Shown here piece by piece: positions 23,901 to 38,124 of a DNA stretch of 64,000 nucleotides. The notes beneath the pieces are model-generated. The model was given only the letters and a program-made list of their open reading frames with translations. It was not told the origin of the DNA and did no database searches. Position 1 is the stretch's first letter, and every line of letters starts with the position of its first letter. The translations under genes were made by a program, and so were the position numbers. The stretch covers positions 17,546,001 to 17,610,000 of the forward strand of contig OZ004608.1 of assembly GCA_963924565.1 (NCBI GenBank), written 5' to 3'. The DNA is from Ascidiella aspersa (Eukaryota).

Positions 23901-26900
23901 TGTCTATAGTGGCATTAGTTATTTTTAACTATTTAGCTTCGCTAAAATCCAGTCGACTCATTGGCGGCAGTTCTAAAAACCTAATTTTAAAACACTCCGA
24001 AATGGCGGGTTTAGACAGGTGTTCAACAACATTTTGTTTTTAAACTTTTTACTTATTCTATACTGCTTTCATATGTTTTCGACTTTTTTATTAATTTCAA
24101 CATTACTTGCAGGTGTAGCCAACTTATGTTTCATTGCAAAAGAATGGTTAATGATAAAAGCGTCACAACTCACAAGAATACTTACAACACATTTTGAGCG
24201 GTAGTTGCATTCCCAGCCAGCGATGTAGGTTAATTTGTTACGTCAAAAAACGCTCTTATTAGGTTTGTCCACACAACAATTGGTCATTTTATGTTCCGCT
24301 TGTGTGCGACAGCTACTGTAATGACGTAACACATATTCGACGCGATCGACAAGGTGAAATGTGGTGATCGACGTGTTGCCTACCCCGGACTTAAAGGAAC
24401 TGGCGATGGCAAAATATATATTCATCTAAAAATGTCTGATCCTGGTTTTACTCTAGTTTTTAAACTTGGAATTTTATTGATAAACAGTGATGATCGACAG
24501 GCGGAAACTGCCGGTGGTGTTGGATACCATAAAGATACACCCTTTAATAAAAATAATATATATCTTAACAAAAGCAATTTCAAGTAATCTAAGAATGGCA
24601 AAAATATCTTGATGGAACTAATGAAAGTATTATTCTTAAGTGACATTTTATTTATCATTGAAGAAAATAAAACAAAATAAATGATTAATCCGTGTTTACC
24701 TTGGTGCAATAACTTCCAGTGTCCTTGATAAACTGTATGGGTCTGGGTTGCTGTGCAGAGAATGCAAGTATGTTTCAGGGCAACTCAACACTTTCATCAT
24801 TTTCACCTTATCTTCAACTTCCTCATTAGAAGCGGAACTTTGCAGACATGCAGTAAAGCTAACTGTGTCATTGTTTTTATGCTGTGATTTGTGAGATGAC
24901 ATGGCTGCAGTTACTTTTCCATCTTTGAACCCAGACACCATTTGAGTTAGAGTAAGCGTGTTTTTGTTCACATCCTTGGCTGGGTGTAAAGAAAAAACAA
25001 AATTGTAGTAATATAGTGTAATATACTCATTCCTAACTTCAGTGCCAATCAATTTTTATTAAAATTCAAAAAAATGCTTTGACAGCAGATTAGGACATTA
25101 GAAAATGAATACATAAAATTAGTTCAAAAAATATTTAGCATAGGCTTACTAACAGTGTTGTAAAGCCAATGACTTAAGTCTTATTTACATTTTCGTAGTT
25201 TGCTAATCAAAATATTGCTCAGAATCAAGTTAACAATATTTATAATTTAACATTTTATAGTTTTTTGCAGATGACTTAACTTGGATTTTAGTTATTTCAA
25301 AATGTCTGTTTACAACACTACTGATTATTGCACTATTTACCTTTTTCAGCAAGTGGAAGAGAAATATTCTTTTTAAACACCCGATTGTATATTTTTATTA
25401 ATGCTGTTCTACTTCCTTCAGTAAGAAAATCTCTTAAAATGTAACATCCTCGCATATCACTTGCACAGATTAATACTTTTCCTTCACCCACTATACCAAA
25501 AAAATATTAAAACAATTTATATTAAATGTATACTTTTAATATATCATACCATTTCTATATATATTTTATAGTTATTGAGTTTGTATAAGGTATTTTTAAT
25601 ACATTTTGTGCTTGACGTTTGCTTGTTGGCTTCCCTGATTTCATCTAAAATCTCCAACAAAATGTTCCATTTTGGTGAAACTTCAAGTTTTAGCTCCTTA
25701 TCAGTGTCTGTGCTTTTATTTGCTTGTTTGGTCCTTAAAATACAATGGTATTTATATTTGTGAAAAAAACATAAAAATAAAAAGCCTTACACTTTCTCCC
25801 CAAATACTCGGAATCTTGCTTGATGAAACAATTTATCAGCAGCATCAAGAAAGATCCATCCTGGATTTTGCCCAAATGCTTTTCTGGTTCCACTTGACCC
25901 CTCTTAAGTACAGCCAGTATTAACTGATTAAAGTAAACTGAAATATTTTACAACAAGAAGTACCAAGCATGCTGAGAAAGGTTGCACAGTCATATTGTGA
26001 CAATGCTTGAAGCAGTAATCTCAATGTTCGCAGATCTGCAACAAGGTGCTTTGTTTTTGAGCCTAATTCATTCCAGATTGGATCAAGTTGATTTCGGACA
26101 CTTCTATCAAATGACTTCCCAAGACTGTTTTCAACAGTGAAGTTATCTGTATCAAGCTAAAGATACAGGAATGCATTTGAAATTATAACAAACAAAAAAA
26201 GAATAAAATAATTGTTTACCCCAGGATTGCTGGCTTTCAATTCTTTTAAACAAGCAGACACTATTTCCAGCAAACAAGTTTGAATCTTTCTCATTGATGG
26301 TGTCAACTCAACACCTATTTCTATGGCTTCTGGCTTTAATAAACCAAAATAATTATGTACATTTAATAAACAATAAAAAATTAATATTAATAAAAAGTAC
26401 ATTTTAAAGGTTTTTACCTTGTGTTTGTCTAAGCATGCTATAACACTGGAATGAAAGCGTGGCCATAGGAATACTTTTCCTACAAACAGATTTTTCATAA
26501 TTTTTTCCAATTTCCCATATTCTCCAGTTAGTAAAATTGGATTGTCTGTGAAGGCCTTGATAAAGCCTTCCTTATTCTTTTGGCGATAAAGTCTCATTAT
26601 GAAAGGTTCCATGCTCGTGTCTGCCATTTTATGGGCCTAAATTAAAATATTATTAATTGATCAATTCTTCCCTTTAGCTTTACAAACAAATATAAATGTG
26701 ATTACATTAGATTTAGAACATTATTATACTTATATACATACCGTGGTAATCATTTATATACCTTAAGAACAAGAATACCAGAAATCAAATGAACGGGTAT
26801 GCGATCAACTAATAAATCCATGACAAGAATGCGGGAGGAAGCAAAGAATACTCCACCTTGGCTATACATCTTTTTGCGTTGTTGTGCATTAAATTCTGAT

Positions 26901-27497
26901 GTTAAGACAGTGGGGAGCTGCTTGATGTTTAAGGCTCTATATATATGCAATAGTCATTTAACCAAATATTTTGACTTTAGTTTTAATTTTTTAATAAACT
27001 AAAGTTTAGTAAAACAGGGTTAAGAACTGCAATGTTTATATGCAAAACAGTTTGCTTGATATAAATTTTGTTAGAAGTATATACTTTGAATAATATTACT
27101 TACAATCTAACAAGTTTTTTTTTTATGTCAACCAATTCGCTTTCAAACTACATAGTTTTTAAGCCAACATCTCAAACTAAAACTATCCAATTGAGCTAGT
27201 AATTAATTTTAATTAAAAATTTACTCAAGTTTTTCTTTATAGTATTCTTGCTGCATTTGGTCCGAATTTAAAACAAACACAAGCTCATTCAGATCACAAT
27301 AAAGTCTTAAAAAGTTCAAACATATTCGTTCCAAGCCAAGACCCTAAAAAATAACATAAATTGCCTAGTTAGGTTGTTTTAATTTTATACAAAATAGAAT
27401 AACAACGTAAATTTACCTCACACAAAACAAGTAGGCCATTTTCTTGAAACATGTCGAGAAACAGTTGGTTCTCGTATTCCAGTAATGAGGACTCCAT
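17988..27497 (-). CDS. ERCC4: DNA repair endonuclease XPF, multi-exon
   Basis: N-terminus [20 protein letters not shown]; LWPRFH; [16 protein letters not shown]; [20 protein letters not shown]; nuclease [31 protein letters not shown]; C-terminal HhH2 DFLLKLPGI; stop at 17988-17990. Confidence 0.97.
20477..20665 (-). mobile_element. Degenerate hAT-type MITE in an XPF intron
   Basis: Ends taggggtggcaac / gttgctcacccctg; internal catacggcc..cgggt motif related to the 58678-59986 element. Confidence 0.55.
23568..23609 (-). ncRNA. Minimal type I hammerhead ribozyme motif in an XPF intron (sense to XPF)
   Basis: Minus strand reads AGCAA-CTGACGA-A-GCCAGTATAGGC-GAAA-TATATA-TA-TTCCT: intact core, stem II GCC/GGC, AU-palindromic stem III, stem I with one C-C mismatch. 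Confidence 0.75.
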
Positions 27498-27810
27498 GTT
27501 GAACGGAAGTAAAACCAGCGTCAAGTGCTCGACGGTGGGTCACTGCCTGTTTGGTGAAATTAAGTTTAACCAGTTTTTTACTGGTCACGGTTAATGTTGA
27601 ATTGCGCCAAAGAGATTTAAACGCCAAGTTGATTGCGCCGAGTCATAATTGCTAACATGACTTGTATTTGTTATGCTTCACTAAGCATCTTCCCACGCTT
27701 TAAAATTGCGGCATTATTTTTAAAAACAAAACAAATTAGATATTAATTATCCGCATTTATCGATTCGCTTGTTAGTTCTTTTAATAGCAATCTTTGTTTT
27801 ATGGTACACC

Positions 27811-29094
27811 CAGTGGTGGGATTCAAATTTTTTGTAAGCCGATTCTATCACAAAAGTCGTATATTTCAGCCGGTTCTGTTACAAAAAGTCATATTTTCCG
27901 GGAAATAATTAGAGTAGTTGCAAGAACAGGATGCAACCCCAGGTTCCTGCGAATGTTGCGAACTGCTAACCACTGAATTCCATCACTGCTAACAGCCACA
28001 CTAAAAGCAGCAGTCGTCTCATGACTAGGGCGATTATTTTGTGACCTATGAAATTAGAAATTTTAACCTAAAAATTAGAAATTTTGACCTAAAAAAATAT
28101 TTTTTTGACAGATTAGAAATAAATTGATTTGAACAACCTATTGTCGTTTGAACTACTGCATTAGAGTCTTGGCGTGGTCATTCACACGTTTTAGATGCTT
28201 TGCTGACTATACCGGTTGAACACAAATCAGATGTTTTTTCGAGTTTATGCAAAACTGATGAAAATGCTTATTGGTATTTTCGTCATTTAAAAAAGACAAA
28301 CAAACATTACACTGGTTATTTTAGAAAAATGTTGTGTAAACAGTTGAAATAGGCATGCAACATTTAAAAAAAAAATAAAAATATTAACAAAGATCTAATT
28401 ATCAAAATAGGAAGTGGGATAATTGCAAATCACAAGCGAAAAAGACAGCAAATACTGTTCGAAACATTTGACCAAATCAGAAATAACAACTATAATGCAA
28501 AAACGAAGTTCTAGATGAGCCTAATGCGTTAAACTGGGCCTGGGTGGTTAATACTGCATGCAAGTTCTCTTGTGCCGCATATTGCTCCAATGAAGACATA
28601 ATACTGTTAAAATGTCGTTAAATATAACTCAAAACTAAATTTTCTTGCTAACATTTTAACTGAACGATAGTTTCAAAAAGCTGGCTAGGGTTTATTCAAA
28701 TTTTTAAACGGTTTATGTGCATTTTTAATCGATTTTGACTTGAAATAATTTTGACCTAACGTGTAAATTTTGACAAAATTTTGATGTCAAAAAATAATCG
28801 CCCTACTCATGACTTGTACTTCTGACGCAACATTTAAATTTTCAGACAAACATCCTCAAGAGAAAAATCACTCCAATTATACAAATTAACACAATGTATG
28901 ATTGTTACGGGCGACCTTGACCATTGCCAATTTAAAAAAAAACATGTGAGCTACTTGGATCTCAAAAATCAATGTATGAATAAGAAGTAAACATCCATTG
29001 ACAGTAACCATATTGCTTACCGTTTCGCTGATCTCATAAAATTTCGAGAGACGGTTCTATAGAAGCGGTGCGAACCATCTGAATCCCACCACTG
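27811..29094. mobile_element. CAGTGGTGGGATTCA-terminated non-autonomous DNA element(s)
   Basis: cagtggtgggattca at 27811 is matched by inverted tgaatcccaccactg at ~29080-29094; a degenerate inner right end at ~27974-27988 suggests there may be two copies. Confidence 0.55.
28026..28805. mobile_element. hAT-type MITE, 780 bp
   Basis: TIR TAGGGCGATTATTTT / AAAATAATCGCCCTA; perfect 8-bp TSD CTCATGAC (28018-28025, 28806-28813). Confidence 0.9.
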
Positions 29095-30725
29095 CTAACC
29101 AACAGTAACACAATTAAGGTGTTAAATAGAGATATTTATTCCGTTGGTTGGTAGAAAACAAAGTTTTTAAAAACAAACGTGCTTACGAAATGCTAAATCC
29201 CTAACAAAACAATCATTTATTCTATTGCTGCTCCAATCAAGGAGAATTCACATGAATTAAATTGTATGTCAAAGAAAATGCAAAGGGATTGGAGCCTGTT
29301 TATTTTTAGACAAAAATCAGTTTGAAAAAGTACTCTTCTGAACAACAGCAAGGTGTTTGGGCCCATTCCTCTTGGTTATTTAACAAGCCTCAAAAAAAAG
29401 ATGACAAAATTATACTTGTTTTAGAGCCGATAACCTACTATCGATACAAATAGGCCATATGTGTACAACTAATTAACTTTTTACTTGGACACAAGCAAAG
29501 GTATTTTTATGTGTTTGTGGGAGAGCATAGTATCAGTTTATTACAATAATAAAAAAAAACTTGTTAAAGTGCCAACATATTTTAACGTTTTCTTGACGAT
29601 TAAATGCCACTGAATCTAAATATAACATCTGTTTCTTGTATTGATATTTTAAAGATATTGATATTTTCAAGTTGTAAGTAGAAAAAATGCTAACTTTAAC
29701 ATCTGCTAACACATGTAAGCGAGAATATCAGTTACTTGCATATTGAAAATGTTTCCCAGACAGGTTGCATTCCTTATTCGGAAAGAGAAACTGCAAATTT
29801 ATGTATAAATGCAATTGTAGCATCCCTTTACTTTAGTAATAATAAGGTATTAAAAAACACTCTGAAATTTAAAACAAGGGCTGAGGAGCTACAGTAAAAT
29901 AGCATTGGCTCCAGCTCTGGAGCACCAAAAATATATCCAATAACAAAGGGGAAGTTTCTTAAGTTCTTCAGCACAGGATAAATTGCGTTAAGTTTGCCAC
30001 ACTAAACTCTTTAGTAGTTTTCATTTAAGTAATTTATAATTTTTTTAAGGTTAAGCAGATAAAAACTTCATTGCTTTAGCTCAACGATTTTTTTAAATGA
30101 CTTTTGCTGCAGCAAAATGCTCAACTCCGGGTTCCAGCTCTGGCTCCCCTGCCTTACTTTAGAATTCATTTTACCCACACAAGTTATTTAGTGCAGACTG
30201 TAATCTTGTAGCAAAAGAGAAACCAAAGTTAATATGTACACATTTTTAGTAGATTTTTGGAGCAGACCAAATTTGTAAAAAAAGGTTATTTTTGGATCGA
30301 GCGTCATCGAAATAACCCAAAACCTGTTTGAACTTTCTATGTACCAAAATGTGTGTTGACCAATGTTATTGAAGCAACGGTGCCTATTTCACACATTTTT
30401 ACAAGATTTTTATTTTTGTAAACTAAAATCCCAAAACTGGATTTTTTTAGAACGAAAATGGAATTTATATCTTTTCAGGTACGCTGTCTTACTTTTATGG
30501 AATAGTGCATGTGTATGTTTTGGCACGATAATTTTTTATGTTGGACAGAACTATAAACTGCAAAAATTGTAGGTCATGTATAAATGATTTGTTTGCAACA
30601 GTGACCAAATGTACAGGACATATCACAATCAAATCATTGAGTGATGAAAAATTCTTACTTGTTTTATCAGGCTTTGTTTAGTATTGCTTTGCACTGTTTA
30701 ACTTGTGGTCAACCAATTTCCTATT

Positions 30726-33020
30726 ATGGCACAGGCAAAGATGAACCTTAATTTTCTTTCACAGGTAAGCATACACAAAACTAGCTTCTCTATATGGTTT
30801 TAACACATGTGCTCACAATTACAGGCTATAACAGGAACCCAACAGCTTCGTTCAACTGTCACCAATGTTTTCAATCTACTCTGTGAAGGAGTAAAACCCG
30901 ATGAGGAGGAAGATGGCAAGAGCGAAGAGTCAGATAGTTCTGTTAGTGTAGGAAAGGACGGGAAAAAGTTTCTTCAGCGATTTCAAGAATATTTGGAAGC
31001 AGTCAACAAAGATTTTAAGTAAAAAATAACTTCCACTAGCTTGTTTTAACATAGTTGTTGTTTGGGAGCTTGGTAAGATTGAAATTAAAACAACATCAAA
31101 GTCAGAATAAAACACAGTTCGGAATAAGACCAAAATAGGACTAATACATAATATTTATAATAATGTCTAAATCAGATTAAGTCCTAAACCTCTCAAAATA
31201 AGACCTGTACAACCTTTTAGTTAGCCCCAAACCACAACTCTAACTTGATCACAAACTCTCCTATGGCGCCAAGGCAGTGCTCTTCAACCAGTGTGCAAAT
31301 ATGCATGGGGTGCAACATTACGTAAAGATATACAAGGGTGCATCACAAACGTTTATTGAACCAATAATATTCTTAAGTTAAGTTTGACTTTATTAGACTT
31401 CTAAATTTTTTTAAATGCTGTTTTATTACATGCAGTAGTACTTGCAAGAAGCTTGCAGCTATAATCTAACTCTCACCGACAGTGTGTAAAACTTTGACAG
31501 GTCCGCTCGGTTTAATTCACTTGATGATATTGGTATGCATAATAATTTTTCATATCACTTTTTACCTCAGTTTACCTTTTAAGTAAATAGGGTGCATGAG
31601 TTCGTCAAAACAACTTTAGGGGTTTACTAAACCAAACAAGGTTGAAGAGCACTGATCTAGGGCACCCAACATCAACACTAAAACAGCCAATGCCAGGCAT
31701 GTGTCCCTATTCAATTCATACCCTTCCCTCAACTGTGTGTTCTCCTCAAAAATTGCATTCGTTTTCCTTTTTTTTCAAGTTTTTGACAGAATGGTTGTTT
31801 TAATTCTTCTTCAAATTTTGGCTTTGGAAAGAATGACACTAGTTTTAGCTATTAAGTTTAGTCCATCAATAGTAAGATACTAATCTTTATATTACAGTGA
31901 AGTGGAAAAATGTTGTAACAACATGACTTCCATGTCAGACATACAGACGTTGGGTCCATCAGGACCCCTTTGTTTGGATTCAATTGCTGATAAAAATTGT
32001 ACATACAGGGATGCCGTGCTAACTTACCAGGTAAAATACTTTTAAAAATGCCTCAGTTGGTAAAATCTTTTTATGAAGGTTGACATGACTTTGTTTTTAG
32101 TGGAGCAATAAAATGCATGAGTATGCTCAAATAGCTGTGGGTGTCATGGCTAATAATCCAATCAAAAGGTCACAGCCACAATCTGGGGCAGTATTTGCTA
32201 AACGTAGAAGGGCTGTTCCGCCCAAGTTCAACATCTTACCAAGCCAGTAAGTTGGTTTAAAATAATTTCATCCAATAGTTTGAATTATGTTTACCGACAA
32301 ATAATCTAATATATTTGGTATTATAGTATAGTTAAATACTTAGTCTGTTTTGAAATAAACTGTTGAACAATATTTCATGTTGATTAATCTTGCCAACCTA
32401 ACATTTAGGCATGTTGATGGCACACTGAATAACTTGCGTCGCCAGTTGACAGACACAAACATGAAGATACTACAATCGTCTGGCGACACAAGAGTGGTGC
32501 AAGTAACAGTTGGCAGAGTGTTTGTTGTCATCATAATGCTTCGCAGTCTCATGATCGAGAAAGTTTTGGTACTAGTCATGAATTTACCTAAAATATGTGC
32601 TATGTCTTTATGTGGTAGCCTAAACTTTTGCTGTCAACATAACCTTTATGTGTAGGTAAAGGGCTTAGATGAGCATATTTTGCTTGAAAACAACACAGTA
32701 GATCTGTTTGATGACTCTCAGTATGAATGTATAAGAAGGATTACTGATCACGCTATGTCGGCAGTTTTGCAATACAGCACACATCAAACCTCACCACCAG
32801 AGTTTCACCTTAAATATCTACTGGTATAATATGTTAAAAAAACTAACAATAAATTTAACCTTAAAATAATATATCCTTTTTTCAGTATTGGCTTGCAAGC
32901 TACAAGAACTTGTTTTCTGACCCCTGTTCTGTTTGCGGTAAGCATTTGGACAATGGACTCCCACCACTGTGGAGAGATTTCAGGACACCAGTACCTTGCC
33001 ATGACTCTTGTAGACCCTAA
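30726..33020 (+). CDS. MED27: Mediator subunit 27; exons 30726-30764, 30825-31018, 31898-32030, 32101-32246, 32409-32568, 32656-32823, 32886-33020
   Basis: Spliced product has LRSTVTNVF, YQWSNKMHEYA, LRSLMIEKVLVKG, RITDHA and the C-terminal WLASYKNLFSDPCSVCGKHLDNGLPPLWRDFRTPVPCHDSCRP typical of MED27. Confidence 0.95.
31275..31654. mobile_element. hAT-Charlie-like MITE in MED27 intron 2
   Basis: Perfect 15-bp TIR CAGTGCTCTTCAACC / GGTTGAAGAGCACTG; no clear TSD. Confidence 0.7.
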
Positions 33021-33621
33021 AAACTTTCTGGCTTGAAAGAGTTAAAAGTATGCATTCCGAGAGTATTGAGAGGAATCTGGTCTGGTTGAGTTTTTAATGC
33101 TGTTTTTGGGTTGAAAAATACCAGCCATTGTAAATCATTCAATTTATTTACTTAAATTGCTAGTAAAAAAGTCAAAGTAAGGCATGATGCGATTTTGTAG
33201 GTAAAGCGATAATAAATCAATACAGGTTGCTGTTACTGTGTATATGGCTCACAAACTTGTATCACATGTCTGAAAAACTACATAGTGAGGTGATTGTAAA
33301 TAATTACAAACAAAGATTCTTAATGTTTGGCAATAAATTCAAAACAGTCAGTGTTATACGAGCTATCCAAATGGGTTGGTATTAAAAGCTAACACAGGTA
33401 TAATTTGGTGGATTGTAAGTTAACCTAAATAATAATTAGAATAGCAGTTTTTCAATGCATAACCAATAACCATTTATTCGGTGAAACTGCTGCATTTCAT
33501 ATCTATGTTCACGATACAAATTAAAATATGTTTACATGATGTTCTTGTTTCGTTGTGTGTGATTTTAAGCGACAACATTCTCTTCTGTCATGATGGACTA
33601 TAAAATAACCCTGGAGGGAAA

Positions 33622-36600
33622 CTAGATTTGTTTCATAGTTTTAATATTAGATGAAACTTGAAATGGGCACCCAGTAGCTTCCTTAATATCATCGACAGTC
33701 AGACCTTCAGCAATTTCGATCAGTATGAGGCCCTTGGATTTGTCAACATCAAACACACACTGGCAAGAAAAAAAATCAGTTTATAATCTTGGTAGTTATA
33801 GGATCTGTTTGAAAAAACTAACGTACCTTGTCAGTGATTATTGTGTTAACGCATTGCTTTCCTGTCAAAGGTAGGTTGCATTCACTTAGAATTTTATGCT
33901 TTCCTCCTTTGGCAACATGCTCCATGGTTACAACAACTTTGGTACGCGCACTTCCTACCAGGTCCATTGCACCACCCATGCCCTTTACTATTTTACCCTG
34001 AAATAACAAACATAGCATTTAAGATTTTATTCTCTGACCTAAAAACTATTTGTCAACCTCAATGACATGGAAGTTTTTGACTTATGCTTGATTTGTACTT
34101 TGAATTAAAATCATGTTTTAAGTATTTTTACCTTTGTAATAACAACTACTAAACTAATAGTATTACTTAAGGTGTCATTAGCGGAATTTTTTTTGTTAAA
34201 AAATGTTTTAGAATCAGATAAATTTGTAAAGCGATATGTTTTATTCTGTGAACTAGTGTAAAAACGACAACATGTTCCTCAATCCCAATATATCCTATAT
34301 TCTTATAAATACATTATAGTAAAAGTGGTAGTAAATCAAAATTAAAGAAACATTTTTAAGGAGATTGTATAAAAGCAACATCATTTTTTATATTAGTTGC
34401 ATCTTACTGGTATCATCCAGTTAGCCAAATCCCCATATTGTGACACTTGCATGGCACCAAGCACAGTTAGGTCAATGTGACCGCCTCTGATCATTGCAAA
34501 GCTGTTGTCACTTGAGAAGTATGATGCACCAGGGACCACTGTCACTGTTTCCTTTCCTGCATTGATAAGGTCTGCATCCTCTTTTCCTACATTAGGAAAC
34601 GGACCCTGCAAGTAAAATGTTACCAATGTACCAACAACAATGGTAAATGTTTTTACCGAAGAATGGGTCACTTTTTTGTTTTGCATAAACTGTTGTAAGT
34701 GTTTTAACAGAAAATTACATACAGCCTTGGTATTGCTGCAGTTCCTGATTCAACCAGATGTTGTCTAATCCAGGGCTTCCCAAACGAGGGGTCGCAGCGA
34801 AAAGTATACCAATTTTACACAAAATAAGCCTACTGCATATTATACCATTGGACTTCTCTAATGTTCATTTTGAAACACAGTTCTTAAAATTTGTGCAGTC
34901 GCGCAAAACAATATTCTTATCTAATCTGTAGATTCTATGTGGGCGGGCCTAGCTCTAGTACTCGACAGTTGAACTTTGTTAATGCTAAGCATAAGATAGA
35001 ACTTGCTGATCTATTTTTATACATAAATTTTGGTCAAAAATCACACTTTTTGTCTCATTGTTGATCTTTACTGTAAGTTACAGTTCGAAGTGACATGAGC
35101 CAAACTTAAAAAAAGAATGGGTAATAAAAGCTGGCATGTTGATTTTAGACAAATGTCACATCCCCAAACAGTTATCTGTGTTAAAATGTTCTACATAAAC
35201 CAAAACACTTTGATTGTTGAGGTGTGTTCTTTTTTTACGATTGTTAACATTAATATAAATCTGTTTTTACTTAATTGGCAGTAAATAATTAAAGAAAAAT
35301 CAAACTATTAGGTATTTTTATTTAGAAACAGAATACTTCTTACCTTAATTAGAGATTTAAATCCTGTTTAGTTTAAAAAAGTTACTCTGTTTTTGACAAA
35401 AAACACAAATTGGTATATATATTAATTTGAGTAAGCTCTACCAATCCTATGACTAGTCTTTCATGCAATAAAACATAGAAAAGTGATTTTACTATAGTTC
35501 TCACCAAGCCCATTACTCCATTTTCACTCTGCAAAGTGACATTCATGCCTTCTGGAATAAAATTGCTGGCAAGCATTGGCATTCCGATGCCAAGATTTGC
35601 GTACATACCATCTTTGAATTCAAGAGCTGCTCTTCGAACAATTCTTTCCCTCATCAGAGCAGCTGGACTCGATGTGGATACTGTAGAACTCTCTTTTGGC
35701 TTGAAGTGAGTAAGTCTCTGTAATTCAAAACTTGATTTGAATTTTAAACGGTCTATGTATACTATTAAAAAATCATTTGTGGCTAAACAATCATACAATA
35801 GTGCATTCTTTAGGTATTAATAGCCTAGATGACATAAGAAGCTGAATGGGACTAAAAAGACTAAAACCTGAAAATACCTGTTGTTGATAGTCAAACCCTC
35901 ACTTGAATGTACATTTAACACAATAAATCTGTTACACCTGTAGCTAATGTTGGCCTTGGTGCTGGTTTAGTAGCATTTACAATTTTCAGGATTTATTTCC
36001 TGAATTCGCTTAACAGTAACCACATATATTTATATTATTGCCATTCAGTGTACCTCAATTCGTTTTTCGTATGACTCTCCCTTGACAACTCGTTGTACAT
36101 ATACACCAGGTACATGAACATGTTCTGCAGGTATTTCACCATTCTCAACAATTTCTTCCACCTCCACAATAGTTGTCCGAGCAGCCTGAACCAAATATGT
36201 TAAACTGGATAGTTATAGACATGGTTAGCAGGTATAAAAATGCAGGTTATAGTCTATATACACACATTAAGAGAAACTAGAAAAAAATTGGCAATTTAAA
36301 TAGTTTTTACTGAAAGTGAATGAAAAAATTAATGCTCTGTTACATTGCAAAACCTATATACCTTGCACATTGGAGCATTGAAATTTTGTGTTGTCATTCT
36401 AAATATCAAATTTCCGGCTTTATCAGCCTTCCAAGCTTTAATTAATCCAAAGTCACCAGTAATAGACCTTTCCATAACAAAGTTTTGACCATCAAAGCTT
36501 CGAGCCTAAAATAATTTTAAACAACAACAGAATAATTTTTTTTTGAATAATAAACTAAAAATTTAAAAAAGTGGACATGATACCTCTCTTTTTTCACTTT

Positions 36601-38124
36601 TTTGTTCGATTTCTCCCTTGTTATCATATTTTATTGGTGCACCTCCTAAATGAATTAAAGTACCATAACCTGTTGGTGTAAAGAAAGCAGGAATACCAGC
36701 TCCACCAGCTCTAATACGTTCTGCCAATGTTCCTTGGGGTGTTAATTCAACCTGAATAAACAAGTCACTTTAATAAATTTCTTATAAATATGTTACTTGT
36801 AATACTTGCCTAACATACCTCAAGTTCACCCGATAAATATTGTCTTTCAAACTCTGCATTTTCACCAACATACGATGAAATCATACGTTTAATTTGTTGT
36901 TGTTTTAAAAGCAAACCCAGACCAAAGTCATCCACACTAAATATGAAAACAACATTCAAACATATCATATCAATTGCATTTAAAAATTCCTAAAAATTAA
37001 GTGTTATTAACACAATATCGTTATTTTGATGTGATGCACCAACCCAGCATTGTTGCTAACAACTGTCAGGTTTTTGCTTTTCTTTCGTAGCAAGGCATTA
37101 ATAAGATTTTCTGGAATTCCACACAGACCAAACCCTCCAACCAAAAGTTTGGATCCATCAGTAATATCAGCGACAGCACTGTCCATGTCATTGTAAAATT
37201 TCACCTTCCGCAAAGAAGTTGTTGAAAAACAGCAAACCTGGAGAAAGAATCAAACTTGAAATTTGACTATTGAATTTTTGGACTAGCATTAAGCACTTTC
37301 AGAGCAAGGTTGGGCAACTATTTCATATAACGGAGCACATCATAACAGAAGGGCCAAAATTAACCCACATTAATAAAATTATATTTTAGTTTTAAAAGAA
37401 ATAGTATTGTTTTGATAAGCTGGTATGTGTGGTATGTATGTTGAATTAGATTTTCTAAAAGTAAATTTTTTTTTCAGTAAAAATTAAAAAAAAAACATTA
37501 CTGATGATGTGGGTAAAAAGTCGTGTATAGCTTTTAAGTGCACTTAAATCGATCTTAGATTAACTTCACTTATTTTTTCCCAATGATTTAACTTGGACAT
37601 TATGATATGGATCGTTCACTGAATAACGTGTACTGTTTTGAAAATAAGTGGCTGGCAGAGTATTATACAGGTCTGCACTAGGTTGTACAGTAAAACTGTT
37701 TCGTCTTTTGTGTTGGGGTTAATAGGTTTAGAAGCAATATTATTAAAATAAATTACCGAAAATACATGTATAATATTGTTTGAGGTGCTGTACTTTATGG
37801 TACTGTATCTCGGAAGGATATCACAAACACCACTGCCAACTGTTAAAAGTATGGCCAATGTAATCAAGATTTTTTTAATAAACCAAACCTACAGTGCCCC
37901 AAAAAATCTAATACGTTCATGATTTTTTAATGCGTTTCACCAGCGGGTGCACTTTTGACCTTAGGTGCATCAGGCCACCGCGATTTTATAGGTAGTTAAC
38001 CCGCGAGATTGCCATTTCGCCATACTTTACAGACTTGTCTGGCCTTCAGTAAGATTACATTACCAACCTTCGGATTAAAACCTTTCGGGTTGAGTAGAAA
38101 TCGTCCGATGCGATTTAAAGGCAT
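33622..38124 (-). CDS. OXCT1: Succinyl-CoA:3-ketoacid CoA transferase (SCOT), mitochondrial, multi-exon
   Basis: [43 protein letters not shown], catalytic [14 protein letters not shown]; N-terminal presequence-like [11 protein letters not shown]; stop at 33622-33624. Confidence 0.97.

Noticed and set aside
28252-28290. CTGATGA-containing hairpin inside the 28-kb MITE
   Set aside because: No GAAA core element; a simple hairpin
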